A stretch of DNA of 24,000 nucleotides, taken from the NCBI RefSeq assembly GCF_000632495.1, contig NZ_JFZT01000019.1, positions 72,252-96,251 of the forward strand. Reading direction: 5' to 3'. The notes below the pieces were generated by a model that saw only the letters and a list, made by a program, of their open reading frames with translations, was not told where the DNA came from and ran no database searches. The number at the start of each line of letters is the position of its first letter. Positions within the stretch are counted from its first letter, which is position 1. Both the position numbers and the translations under genes were made by a program. Below, piece after piece: positions 8,157 through 16,787 of the stretch. This DNA is from Candidatus Acidianus copahuensis. GTDB taxonomy: Archaea; Thermoproteota; Thermoprotei_A; Sulfolobales; Sulfolobaceae.

Positions 8157-9116
8157 ATGTTTATAGTACTTTCTAAGAAGCATGAACTTCATTATCCTCC
8201 CTCTTTGCATCATGAAAATCCAGATAGAATAAGAATATCGTTGGACGCAATCAAGGATCTTGGAAAATTAGTTGAACCTGACCCAGCCCAAAATGTCCTA
8301 GTTCATTCACCAGAGTACGTGGAGAGAGTTAAGAGGACTAACGGCTGGTTAGATGCTGATACCTATGTTAACACAAACACATATATTGCGGCACTTTACG
8401 CTTTAGGGGGCGCAGAGCTAGCAGTTAGGTTAGGTGGAATAGCACTGGTTCGTCCTCCTGGACATCATTCTGGTACTAATGGTAAGGCCTTAGGAGCTCC
8501 TACCCAAGGATTTTGTATTTTTAATAATGTTGCATATGCAATAAAGAAACTAGGGCTCAAGAACGTTGCAGTAATAGACTTTGATGTTCATTATGGGAAT
8601 GGCACGCAGGAAATATTTTATAGAGACCCTGAAGTTCTTCATATAGATATTCATCAAGATCCTGGAACATTATATCCTGGTACAGGTTTTCCTGAGATGA
8701 TTGGAGAAGGAGAAGGAAGAGGAACCAAAGTGAACTTAATTGTTCCTCCTCTATCTAGGGACGACATTTACTTGGAACTTATCCCGATAGTTGAGTCTAT
8801 ACTAGACGACTATAAGCCTTCTACCTTGATTTTCTCCGCAGGTTTTGATGCATATGTTGAAGACGGTTTATCTTCAGTAATGGCAACAGAAAAAACTTTT
8901 TACTCGTTTGGAAGACTAAATTACCCTAGTAAAAGCGCAGTCCTTGAAGGAGGATATTCTGAAGGGTTAAGGAGAGGATTAAGGGCATTTGCTGAAGGGT
9001 TTTCTAACTTGGAAAAAGATTATCCCATAACTTACTCAACTGATTCAGTAAAAACTCGTTTCCTTCAATATCTAGGAAAGGAAAGGAAAATTCTAAGGGA
9101 TTATTGGAAGGTTTAG
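8157..9116 (+). CDS. Histone-deacetylase-family amidohydrolase (AcuC / acetylpolyamine amidohydrolase-like)
   Basis: 319 aa. RPPGHHS, GFCIFNN, DFDVHYGNGTQ, SAGFDAY and EGGY motifs. Confidence 0.85.
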   Translation: MFIVLSKKHELHYPPSLHHENPDRIRISLDAIKDLGKLVEPDPAQNVLVHSPEYVERVKRTNGWLDADTYVNTNTYIAALYALGGAELAVRLGGIALVRPPGHHSGTNGKALGAPTQGFCIFNNVAYAIKKLGLKNVAVIDFDVHYGNGTQEIFYRDPEVLHIDIHQDPGTLYPGTGFPEMIGEGEGRGTKVNLIVPPLSRDDIYLELIPIVESILDDYKPSTLIFSAGFDAYVEDGLSSVMATEKTFYSFGRLNYPSKSAVLEGGYSEGLRRGLRAFAEGFSNLEKDYPITYSTDSVKTRFLQYLGKERKILRDYWKV

Positions 9117-9940
9117 CAGGTGAAGTAACACTTTAAGGCTAAGTTATATGCTGCATTAAAGTCCCTATCAGCCTTATATCCACAAGATGGGCATACAAAT
9201 ATCGAACCCATAACTTCTCCACTTCGATAACCGCATCTTGAGCATATCTTAGTAGTGTTTCTGGGATCAAGTCTTCTTACCTTAAATCCGTGACTAAATA
9301 ACTCTTTCTCTAGTATCTGTTCAATTGCCCTAAGCCCTTTCCCTACCTTAGCGTTGTATATTCTTAGATCCTCTATAGCTATAACCTTTGGTTTGATGGC
9401 CTCTAGAAAGGAGAGTGCCTCAGAGATTGGTTGTCTAACTTGAGATTTTATATCATTTAAGTAAACTAATCCCTGTGAGTCTCCAAGATACTTGGTGAAA
9501 GTATCTACCATTTTTCTATCACCAATATATTTCGTCTTGTATACTTTACCTTCTTCAACTATTGCAACAATAGTAAAAAGATGCCTTATTCCTAAATCTA
9601 TTCCAACAATAGGACTCTGCTCCTTATAGGCTAAATATACCTTTACTCCACTTTCAAAACTGATTATCGCATACTCAGGTATGCCTTCTTTAGGTTTTTC
9701 AACTATCGCGTTTATCTTAGATACCTTTACTTTTCCATTTATTTCTGAGATCTTTAGTGGACCTATTCTCAAATTATTAGGCGCTATACCGAATTCCTTT
9801 AACCTATTAGGTACAGGGGGATCTTGTCCTCCAGTTTTCCTTATTGCATTTCTATAATTAATATAGTAAAGAATGTCGCTATGAATCTGTTTTAACATAC
9901 CATAATCTACTATTTTTACTTCTACAAGTTGTTCTGACAT
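9113..9940 (-). CDS. tnpB: Miniature TnpB-like (IS200/IS605 OrfB-type) RuvC nuclease with a zinc ribbon; no adjacent TnpA
   Basis: 275 aa. RuvC-I VGIDLGIRH (D115, nt 9596-9598), RuvC-II VIAIEDL (E190, nt 9371-9373), RuvC-III ADRDFNAAYNL (D260, nt 9161-9163), and a zinc ribbon CSRCG..CPSCG (C233-C253). Confidence 0.75.
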   Translation of the reverse strand: MSEQLVEVKIVDYGMLKQIHSDILYYINYRNAIRKTGGQDPPVPNRLKEFGIAPNNLRIGPLKISEINGKVKVSKINAIVEKPKEGIPEYAIISFESGVKVYLAYKEQSPIVGIDLGIRHLFTIVAIVEEGKVYKTKYIGDRKMVDTFTKYLGDSQGLVYLNDIKSQVRQPISEALSFLEAIKPKVIAIEDLRIYNAKVGKGLRAIEQILEKELFSHGFKVRRLDPRNTTKICSRCGYRSGEVMGSIFVCPSCGYKADRDFNAAYNLALKCYFTC

Positions 9941-9960
9941 ATTATAATCTTCGATTGAAC

Positions 9961-9977
9961 TTATTTAAGAATTTAAG
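9961..9977 (-). promoter_or_regulatory. TATA-like AT-rich element upstream of the TnpB-like gene
   Basis: The minus strand reads CTTAAATTCTTAAATAA and ends 20 nt before the ATG at 9940. An in-frame stop lies 9 codons upstream, so the ORF cannot extend at its N-terminus. Confidence 0.3.
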
Positions 9978-10055
9978 CAAATGAGCTATTATGTCTTGGA
10001 AAAATATAAAGATAGTATTTAATAACTATTATAGTAAAATAAAATTGTAAAACAA

Positions 10056-10775
10056 TTATATTTCGATAGGACTTCCAACTTTTATCTTCTCAACATCACT
10101 TCTTTTTAGATAGTACAAAAGAGTAGATGAAAAAACGTAATCTCCAAGTCTATACATCACATAATATTCTGTGTTCTCCTTAATTTTATCTTGGTTGAAA
10201 TAATTTACTACGTAAAGAGTAGGTCCTTTAGATTCAGAAAAGGAAATTAGACCAGAGTTTAGACTTGATGAATACTGTCCTATTTCTTTAATGACTTCAT
10301 TTAGTGAATCAAAAGGTAATAATCCAGATTCAATCTTTTGCCCTATCTTTTCTAAGATAAGATAACTATCAGTATATGGTTTCTTACCATTTTCACCAAA
10401 CACTTTTCGATTAACTGAACCATTGTGCGCAAAATATAGATCAAAAACGCTAGATCTCAAGTGATATGGATGATTGTGATTTAGTCCTACAAGAAACTTT
10501 TTGCTTGTCTTTCTAGCATGAATAATTCCAATCATTTCATCACCTTTTATTGAGGTAAGTATTGTTTGCCCAACTTTGTCCTCAAATGCAGGTTCAGGGG
10601 ATCTATAGTATACTTTTTTCCACGAATTTCCCTTTAAGAAAACAACAAAACCCCATCCATCATCATGTCTTCCATAAATTTTAGATAACGGATCCATTTC
10701 AGCAGAGGAGAAGAAAGCCTTTACTATGTCTTGGTTTAGTTTATCCTTAGTATGAAACGCTAAAATCCTACACAT
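10056..10775 (-). CDS. Stand-alone class II (Ntn-type) glutamine amidotransferase-like protein (YafJ/EgtC-like)
   Basis: 239 aa. An N-terminal MC (Cys2 nucleophile), DDGWGF, IIHARK, NHNHPY and AHNGS motifs. Confidence 0.75.
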   Translation of the reverse strand: MCRILAFHTKDKLNQDIVKAFFSSAEMDPLSKIYGRHDDGWGFVVFLKGNSWKKVYYRSPEPAFEDKVGQTILTSIKGDEMIGIIHARKTSKKFLVGLNHNHPYHLRSSVFDLYFAHNGSVNRKVFGENGKKPYTDSYLILEKIGQKIESGLLPFDSLNEVIKEIGQYSSSLNSGLISFSESKGPTLYVVNYFNQDKIKENTEYYVMYRLGDYVFSSTLLYYLKRSDVEKIKVGSPIEI

Positions 10776-11457
10776 CTATTATCATCCCATCATATGCCAT
10801 AATAGCTCTGCCAGATAATGCTTCTTTTATTTCGTTTTCTATCTGAGCAGGAATATGCGTGGCAATAATTCTTTTACCAGATTTCAAATCCTTAACGCTA
10901 GTATGTCCATAATTCTCACATCCTTGAATACAAGTTACTTCATGTATTATCAAATCAGCATCTTTAGTCTCTCTATCTATCTCATCACAAGGCTCTTTCG
11001 TATCTCCTGAATAAAGTATTTTAGTTCTTCCATCTGTTATAACGTAACTTACTGCATATATTTTATGGCAAGCCTTTACTGAATACACTTCTATGTCTCC
11101 GATCTTGGCTTTTGGTAATTCCTCTTCACGGATGTCTGCAGAAATGTCATTTCCAATTTTCTTGTAGACGTTAAGTAAATCTAATAAACCTGGAGGGGAA
11201 AATATCTTAACATCTCTCATACCCCTTATCTTTCTTTGAACAAGATAATCAAAGATACCGTTGATATGATCAATATGAAGATGAGTAACGAAAATTCCTT
11301 CTATTTCTGGAAATCCAATATCTTCAAGTTTAGAGTTTGAGCCATTACCCATATCTAAAATTATTTTTGCTTCCTTGCTTGATAACATTATTGAGGACTT
11401 AGATCTTTTACTTCCTAAAGTTGAACCAGAACCCGTACCTAAGAACGTTATCCTCAT
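10768..11457 (-). CDS. Metallo-beta-lactamase-fold hydrolase (short RNase Z / PhnP-like)
   Basis: 229 aa. ITFLGTGSG, THLHIDHINGI (HxHxDH), ACH, YSGDT and YGHTS motifs. The 3' end overlaps the next gene by 8 nt. Confidence 0.8.
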   Translation of the reverse strand: MRITFLGTGSGSTLGSKRSKSSIMLSSKEAKIILDMGNGSNSKLEDIGFPEIEGIFVTHLHIDHINGIFDYLVQRKIRGMRDVKIFSPPGLLDLLNVYKKIGNDISADIREEELPKAKIGDIEVYSVKACHKIYAVSYVITDGRTKILYSGDTKEPCDEIDRETKDADLIIHEVTCIQGCENYGHTSVKDLKSGKRIIATHIPAQIENEIKEALSGRAIMAYDGMIIDV

Positions 11458-11464
11458 ATATCAT

Positions 11465-11469
11465 CCCTC
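11465..11469 (-). promoter_or_regulatory. Shine-Dalgarno-like GAGGG upstream of the MBL-fold gene
   Basis: The minus strand reads CAGAGGGATGATAT-ATG, and GAGGGATGA resembles the Sulfolobales GAGGTGA consensus. No well-spaced TATA box, suggesting read-through from the upstream kinase gene. Confidence 0.35.
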
Positions 11470-11556
11470 TGATCTATATCGACTGGAATTCCGCAATAGC
11501 CATTAACTTCTTCTTCTCTCCTTCTTCTTGAATTATTCTTCTTCTCGTTTCTTATT

Positions 11557-12426
11557 TTACTCTTCTCTCTCTTTGACAAACTTTTCCACCTCCTCCCTTC
11601 TAGGTCCTACCGCTCCAAACTTTGTTACAGAAATAGCCGCAACAATGTTTGCAAAATTCACAGCATACTCTAAGTTCTCTCCTTTTTCAAGCATATAAGC
11701 CAATGCAGCGTTAAACACATCTCCTGCTCCTGTAGTATCAATTGCCTTTACTCGAGGTGCTGGGATTATAACCCTCTTTTCTTTTGTAGCTATTAGAGAT
11801 CCTCTCTCTCCTAATGTAATGATTACAGCTTTTTTTACTCTTTTTAAAAGAATATTAATACCGTAATCTATATCATCTGCGTTAGTCAACTGTTTAAATT
11901 CAACTTCATTTGGAGTAATTATATCAACAAGGTTTAGTATACTTTGATCTTCAATGACTGCCGGAGCAGGATTAAGTATTTTCAAACCTGGAAAATTTCT
12001 TAACGCTTTTCTAACTACGTTTTCCCTTATTTCCATTTGAGTTAACATAACGTCTCCGTCAAGCTCACTAATGTCCTCTTCTTGAAGGTCGAAGTTAGCT
12101 CCGCGATGAACTATTATTCTACTATTTCCTTCTTTATCGACGAGAATGTAGGCTGATCCGGTTATATTATTCTTTACCTTGATCTTGTCTATTCCTACTT
12201 TCTCAATTTTCCAGAACTCTATAGCATGTTTTCCTCTTTCATCCTTACCTACTGCAGCAATTAGATCTACTTGTGAACCCAATCTGCTTGCGGAGACTGC
12301 CTGATTTGATCCCTTTCCTCCATGGCCAATAATTACATCTCTGACGAAGACAGTTTCTCCCTCATCTGGAAAGTTATCTACTTTAAGTACTATATCAGTA
12401 TTGTAACTCCCAACTACTACTATCAT
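11557..12426 (-). CDS. PfkB-family carbohydrate/nucleoside kinase (ribokinase-like)
   Basis: 289 aa. An N-terminal VVGSYNTD, GGKGSNQA, and a C-terminal DTTGAGDVFNAA anion-hole motif. Confidence 0.85.
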   Translation of the reverse strand: MIVVVGSYNTDIVLKVDNFPDEGETVFVRDVIIGHGGKGSNQAVSASRLGSQVDLIAAVGKDERGKHAIEFWKIEKVGIDKIKVKNNITGSAYILVDKEGNSRIIVHRGANFDLQEEDISELDGDVMLTQMEIRENVVRKALRNFPGLKILNPAPAVIEDQSILNLVDIITPNEVEFKQLTNADDIDYGINILLKRVKKAVIITLGERGSLIATKEKRVIIPAPRVKAIDTTGAGDVFNAALAYMLEKGENLEYAVNFANIVAAISVTKFGAVGPRREEVEKFVKEREE

Positions 12427-13673
12427 TTTAGTATCATCTCAATTTTACTCAATAGTTCTTCTGTTGAATTTGCAACTAAAACTAATTTACCGTCAATAGA
12501 AACCATATCTGAGTTAAAACCGCTCTCGGAAATTTTTACTTTTCCATTCTCTATAGATTTTATAACAGTTTGTGTTGGTGAAATCTTTATTCCAACTCTT
12601 TTTGAGGAGATCTCTAGTGCCTTAACCACTGTATTTTTCTTTGGGTTTATAAGAATAGGTCCATCAAGCTTTGTCCACTCTAAATACCTGATTATACCTC
12701 CAGCTAACGTCGCATAATCATTATAGGGAGTAATTATAGCAACGTTAGCTTTTTCATCATCATCTATTAGTTTTGGTAAGTAATCCTTTTCCTTTTCCAG
12801 AATATATAGAAGTTCCTCTAATTCTTCTCTTGCCTCCTCCATTGCTATCTTTCTTTCAGGGTTGGAAAAGGGGTCAACAGGTCCGTGCCCTTTTCCTAGG
12901 TCAAGAGAAAAAGCGATTGAGTTCTCTACAAACTCCTTAGCCATTTTTATTGAGTTTAATAAGGGAAAACCCTTAGCTAAATAGGCAGTAATCGCAGCTG
13001 AGAATACATCTCCACTTCCATGAACGTTTTTAGTTTCAACTTTATTCCCTCTGACTTCAATTGTATTTCCATCTATAACTGCAACGTCGAGTCCATTAAA
13101 GTAACTCCCTCCCTTTACTATTACGTTACCGTATTTTTCATAGATCTTTCTTGCCGACCTCATTAAATCATCTGGACTCTCTATTTTAAACCCAGATATT
13201 ATTTCAGCTTCAAATTTATTTGGAGTTGAGATTAAACTTTCTTTGAGTAGGCCTTCTAGAGAAGGCATTATGTCCTCTGAGATTAATGAAGATCCTGATT
13301 TAGCAACCATCACTGGATCTAGGACTAACTTAATTCCGTATTGAATAACCTTCTCCTTGACAATGTCAATTATTTTCCTGGAGGCTAACATACCTGTCTT
13401 CGCATATAATGGGGAAAAATCTTTCATAATTGTGTCAAACTGGGCTGCTATAAAATCCGGAGGAACTTCTAGAACGTTTGTTACTTCAAATGTGTTTTGA
13501 GCTGTTAAGCTAGTTATAACTGTGGTTCCAAAAACGCCTAATGATGTAAAGGTTTTTAGATCAGCTTGTAGTCCTGCTCCTCCTCCAGAATCACTACCTG
13601 CAATAGTAATTACAACTGGTCTAGATCTCACAATAAGGAGTCTACAATTTAATATAAAACTTCTAACTTTCAC
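12423..13673 (-). CDS. thiDN: Bifunctional hydroxymethylpyrimidine/phosphomethylpyrimidine kinase fused to a ThiN-type thiamine-phosphate synthase domain (ThiDN)
   Basis: 416 aa. [21 protein letters not shown] and GSGDVFSAA identify the ThiD kinase half. The C-terminal extension of about 150 aa sits where ThiN lies in archaeal fusions. Confidence 0.8.
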   Translation of the reverse strand: MKVRSFILNCRLLIVRSRPVVITIAGSDSGGGAGLQADLKTFTSLGVFGTTVITSLTAQNTFEVTNVLEVPPDFIAAQFDTIMKDFSPLYAKTGMLASRKIIDIVKEKVIQYGIKLVLDPVMVAKSGSSLISEDIMPSLEGLLKESLISTPNKFEAEIISGFKIESPDDLMRSARKIYEKYGNVIVKGGSYFNGLDVAVIDGNTIEVRGNKVETKNVHGSGDVFSAAITAYLAKGFPLLNSIKMAKEFVENSIAFSLDLGKGHGPVDPFSNPERKIAMEEAREELEELLYILEKEKDYLPKLIDDDEKANVAIITPYNDYATLAGGIIRYLEWTKLDGPILINPKKNTVVKALEISSKRVGIKISPTQTVIKSIENGKVKISESGFNSDMVSIDGKLVLVANSTEELLSKIEMILK

Positions 13674-14479
13674 TCATATTCGCTAAGATATCTTAGTCTA
13701 TCGCTTAAGTACGGATGCGTTCTAAAGAGACTAATCCCTCTATTTTCCATCGACATTATATCGTACTTTGCGAAAAGCACTTGAAGTTCTGGCAAATTCT
13801 TGATAAGATTCGAAGGCATAAGATTACTTAAGTAAGCAATCTTGATTAACGCTGTTTGTAAAGGTACAGCAAATTCTCTATTATTCTTTACTGCTGTTAT
13901 ATCAGCTCTCTTTTCAACGTGTCTATGTATAGCATAGAAAAGAGGAAATAAAATGAAAAGATAAACAAAAAATATTATGCCTCCTAAAGCATTAAAAGCG
14001 GTATAAACAAGAGTAACGTAAATCGCATCTATTCCCATTAGGGCTAGAATTAATGTCTCAGGATCCTTATTTTTTAGATGTGAAAGTTCATGGGCTATTA
14101 CAGCTTTGATTTCTTCTTGATTCAGCATTGTAGTTAACGGGTAAGTGACTGCCATTCCTCTAAAGAAAATATTTCCAAAGGCCACAGCATTTGGAAAATT
14201 TACATACGAGACGTAAACTCTAGGCGTTTTAATTCGTAACTTTTCTGCAACTTCTTTAACTAGAGACTGGATCTCAGCATTCTCTCTTCTCATCTTTAAT
14301 AGCATCATCATTATGAAAGGGGAAATAAGATACCATAGACCAAATACTATGATTATTTGTAAAGCATTAAGTAGAATATTATTTGCTGGAATTATTAGTG
14401 TTATTATTACTCCTATTACCATTATTGTTATAAATGAGACTACATAATATCTCAGCCAATACCTTGTTACTGAAGTCAT
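13670..14479 (-). CDS. M48-family (HtpX-like) membrane zinc metalloprotease
   Basis: 269 aa. Two N-terminal and two central TM helices, [18 protein letters not shown] (HExxH), EKRAD and [13 protein letters not shown]. Confidence 0.8.
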   Translation of the reverse strand: MTSVTRYWLRYYVVSFITIMVIGVIITLIIPANNILLNALQIIIVFGLWYLISPFIMMMLLKMRRENAEIQSLVKEVAEKLRIKTPRVYVSYVNFPNAVAFGNIFFRGMAVTYPLTTMLNQEEIKAVIAHELSHLKNKDPETLILALMGIDAIYVTLVYTAFNALGGIIFFVYLFILFPLFYAIHRHVEKRADITAVKNNREFAVPLQTALIKIAYLSNLMPSNLIKNLPELQVLFAKYDIMSMENRGISLFRTHPYLSDRLRYLSEYE

Positions 14480-14494
14480 GCATAGCTATTAACT

Positions 14495-15040
14495 TCATAC
14501 ATTATTTGATTTTTGTAGAATCAGTTCTGATAAGGAGTATCTGATTGACCTTGAAACGTCCTTTCCTAATGGCGTACCTGGGCCTGCAAAACTATTTTCC
14601 CCAGAGAGGGAACCTACAGCTATTGCATCACTAACTGTTCCAGTAAGCCGAAAACCAGAATCTCTTAGAGCACCAGCTTTAGCTTCAGTAGCTGTTCTAA
14701 TTAGGTCAATCAATCCGTTTATATTAAGAGGGTAATCTACAAATATGCCAATGTTAATTGTACACCCAGCGTCCTCTCCACTTTCCCCAATTCCAGCGCT
14801 AATAAAGAGCTTTCCCCACTTACATCTAAAGTACCCGTATCGCTCTGCAGCAGTCATAAAGATCACAGTGTCTTTTCCGCAATTACACATACTTACTGCA
14901 TCCTTCCAAGGATCTTTACTACAGTAGCTCTTATCTACAAAAAGAGTTGCAACTCGTCTAACTGTCGATATTCCTTCAGGATAAAGGGCGGACGTCAAGG
15001 TTAGATATTCTTTCCCTAATTCAAATATTACCCTCCTCAA
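14495..15040 (-). CDS. CbiZ-like protein (adenosylcobinamide amidohydrolase family)
   Basis: 181 aa. CTINIGIFVD..LNINGLIDLIRTATEAKAGALRD..LTGTVSDAIAV resembles the conserved CbiZ core (GTIN...TEAK..AL...TGT.SD). Recognised from memory only. Confidence 0.5.
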   Translation of the reverse strand: MRRVIFELGKEYLTLTSALYPEGISTVRRVATLFVDKSYCSKDPWKDAVSMCNCGKDTVIFMTAAERYGYFRCKWGKLFISAGIGESGEDAGCTINIGIFVDYPLNINGLIDLIRTATEAKAGALRDSGFRLTGTVSDAIAVGSLSGENSFAGPGTPLGKDVSRSIRYSLSELILQKSNNV

Positions 15041-15708
15041 GACAATAACGCCTCTATTGTTTTTGATCCTCTTTCTATTTGAGGGATACTATTGATATGA
15101 GACATTACGAATTGAGGGGAAAGCCCTGAAATGACGGAAGGATTATAAATATACCCTATTAAAATGTAAGTTCCTTGCTTTCCAGTTATCAATATAGTGG
15201 TGGGAATGTGGGGAGGATTACCTAAATACGCTGCAGGTTGGAAAAATCCACCAGAAGCCCACTTCTCGGTCACATATTCCTTAATTATTGAATAGGTCCA
15301 AGGGAACTCTTCCTTTATCTTATTAAGACCATATGTAACGTAATTGCTTACTTTAGTCCCATTAGCTGTAGAATTTAAGAACTCGTTGTACAAGTAAACA
15401 AATTTAAACTCAATTGAGGAATTTGGTGAAAAACCAGTAAATATTAGAGCTGGAGTATTTGGATATGCATCTAATGGATCCGAATGTCCGTAGGTGAAAT
15501 TTAATTTTCCAAAGCTCGATAAAGCTAAGTATATAGACCAACTATCAGCAGCTCCAAATGGACATCCATACCAGCTTATTAAAATCACGCATGTTCCTCC
15601 ATTAGGATTGAGATTTTGAGAACTTACTTTTATGATAGAATTCATAGGAATTTCGAACAAGGGTGAAGTGCCCAAAATTAGGATTATAGCTAACACTAAA
15701 GTTATCAC
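15037..15708 (-). CDS. Membrane-anchored or secreted protein, DUF929-like (thioredoxin-like archaeal family)
   Basis: 223 aa. An N-terminal hydrophobic anchor, and SWYGCPFGAADSWSIYLALSSFG resembles the DUF929 W-x-CP-x-C..W....AL..FG signature with the second Cys replaced by Gly. Confidence 0.45.
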   Translation of the reverse strand: MITLVLAIILILGTSPLFEIPMNSIIKVSSQNLNPNGGTCVILISWYGCPFGAADSWSIYLALSSFGKLNFTYGHSDPLDAYPNTPALIFTGFSPNSSIEFKFVYLYNEFLNSTANGTKVSNYVTYGLNKIKEEFPWTYSIIKEYVTEKWASGGFFQPAAYLGNPPHIPTTILITGKQGTYILIGYIYNPSVISGLSPQFVMSHINSIPQIERGSKTIEALLS

Positions 15709-15730
15709 TATTGGTATTATTTTTCTAAAA

Positions 15731-16783
15731 TTAATCCCTTTTCACCTCTGAAGTTAACCCCATAGGAACTATGGACCCTTTTCTTTCTTTACCCGTAATA
15801 CGTTTGAAATCTTCATCTAAATTTTCTCTTGACATGTTATCAAGTGTCTCTATTAATTTTTCTAATCGATTTTTTATAACGCAAAAAAATTCATAATCTT
15901 CTCGAATTTCTACATCACGGTTAGAGTGATACACGGGGATCATATCGTCATTATATAGTACCATTGCAGGATATCCATCAGTAATGTAACTGAAGTGATC
16001 CGAGAACGGTGTTGGCATTTCGATCCTCTTTATGGGGAAAAGACTCGAAAATTTCCATAGTTCAGGGGTTGCAGAAAAGACTACTCTGTCTGGATAAAGA
16101 GAATCAAGAGATATCATTATAAAAGTTCCATCTTTCGGTTGTTGAATAGATCCAGTACAACATTTAGGCCCTTCTTCGGAGGAAAAGAACAATAATTTCA
16201 AACCGTGTTTCTTAACCTTAGGTTTTAGGGAAGTAAGTATATCAACTGCAAAAAGATTATCATGAAATCCAGTTAGCCAATGGTCAACGTGAGCACCAAC
16301 CGTAATGTAGTCGTCTCCTGGTAAAAGTTCCACTTCAAGATTGTAAGAATTTGAATCGATCAGTTTTCCATCACTTCTGATTTCAACTTCACCTTTAGGT
16401 TCTCTATCTAAAAAAACGGAGGGTACTTTGCCATCTACCCCTATCCTTCTAAGCTTTCCATCTTCGTAAAAAATTATTGCGTCCTTGTCCTTATACATAG
16501 AATAAATTTTCGCAATGTCAAAGGGATGAGAAGGCATTTTTATTGCAACAATATTTTTACCTATTTTTCCCTTTACATCTCCAGAAGTATAGGGCATGAG
16601 AGATGAATTTACTGTCTTACCATTCACTGTTACTTCAGTATATTTTATCTTCCAAAACTTAGTCCTAATAGGAATTTCCTTAGCTGAAGGATATATTTCC
16701 TTTATTTTTTCCAAGATCTTTTTCTCAATTTCTCCACCATGTATTGCCTCCCCCATTAAAAAAAGGTCTTTCGCTAACTTCAC
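15731..16783 (-). CDS. M28-family zinc aminopeptidase-like protein
   Basis: 350 aa. GAHVDHW (His/Asp ligands), GFHDN (bridging Asp), SSEEGP (Glu-Glu), ISLDS and YHSNRD (His) occur in the M28 order. Confidence 0.65.
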   Translation of the reverse strand: MKLAKDLFLMGEAIHGGEIEKKILEKIKEIYPSAKEIPIRTKFWKIKYTEVTVNGKTVNSSLMPYTSGDVKGKIGKNIVAIKMPSHPFDIAKIYSMYKDKDAIIFYEDGKLRRIGVDGKVPSVFLDREPKGEVEIRSDGKLIDSNSYNLEVELLPGDDYITVGAHVDHWLTGFHDNLFAVDILTSLKPKVKKHGLKLLFFSSEEGPKCCTGSIQQPKDGTFIMISLDSLYPDRVVFSATPELWKFSSLFPIKRIEMPTPFSDHFSYITDGYPAMVLYNDDMIPVYHSNRDVEIREDYEFFCVIKNRLEKLIETLDNMSRENLDEDFKRITGKERKGSIVPMGLTSEVKRD

Positions 16784-16787
16784 TCGA

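Noticed and set aside
9062-9111. Imperfect hairpin (CCTTCAATA / TATTGGAAGG, 9 bp with one bulge and a 31-nt loop) just 3' of the TnpB-like stop, considered as an omega-RNA scaffold or terminator
   Set aside because: The stem is short, AT-rich and bulged, and unlikely to be stable at thermophile growth temperatures. It lies in coding sequence of the deacetylase gene. It is noted only as a place to look in RNA-seq.
9966-9977. 12-mer TAAGAATTTAAG shared between the TnpB-upstream spacer (9966-9977) and the long gap (17954-17965), considered as possible element ends
   Set aside because: By rough estimate, many 12-mer coincidences are expected in 24 kb at this base composition. The similarity does not extend beyond the 12-mer.
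11507-11560. Polypyrimidine (CTT/CTC-rich) tract on the plus strand between the MBL and PfkB genes, considered as a microsatellite or H-DNA element
   Set aside because: It is an irregular tract rather than a true tandem repeat. It partly reflects the Glu/Lys-rich C-terminus of the kinase (..KEREE), and I see no evidence of function.
12322-12717. 131-aa plus-strand ORF spanning the PfkB/ThiDN junction
   Set aside because: It is antisense to two well-supported genes, has no recognisable domain, and has no TATA-like element at an appropriate distance.
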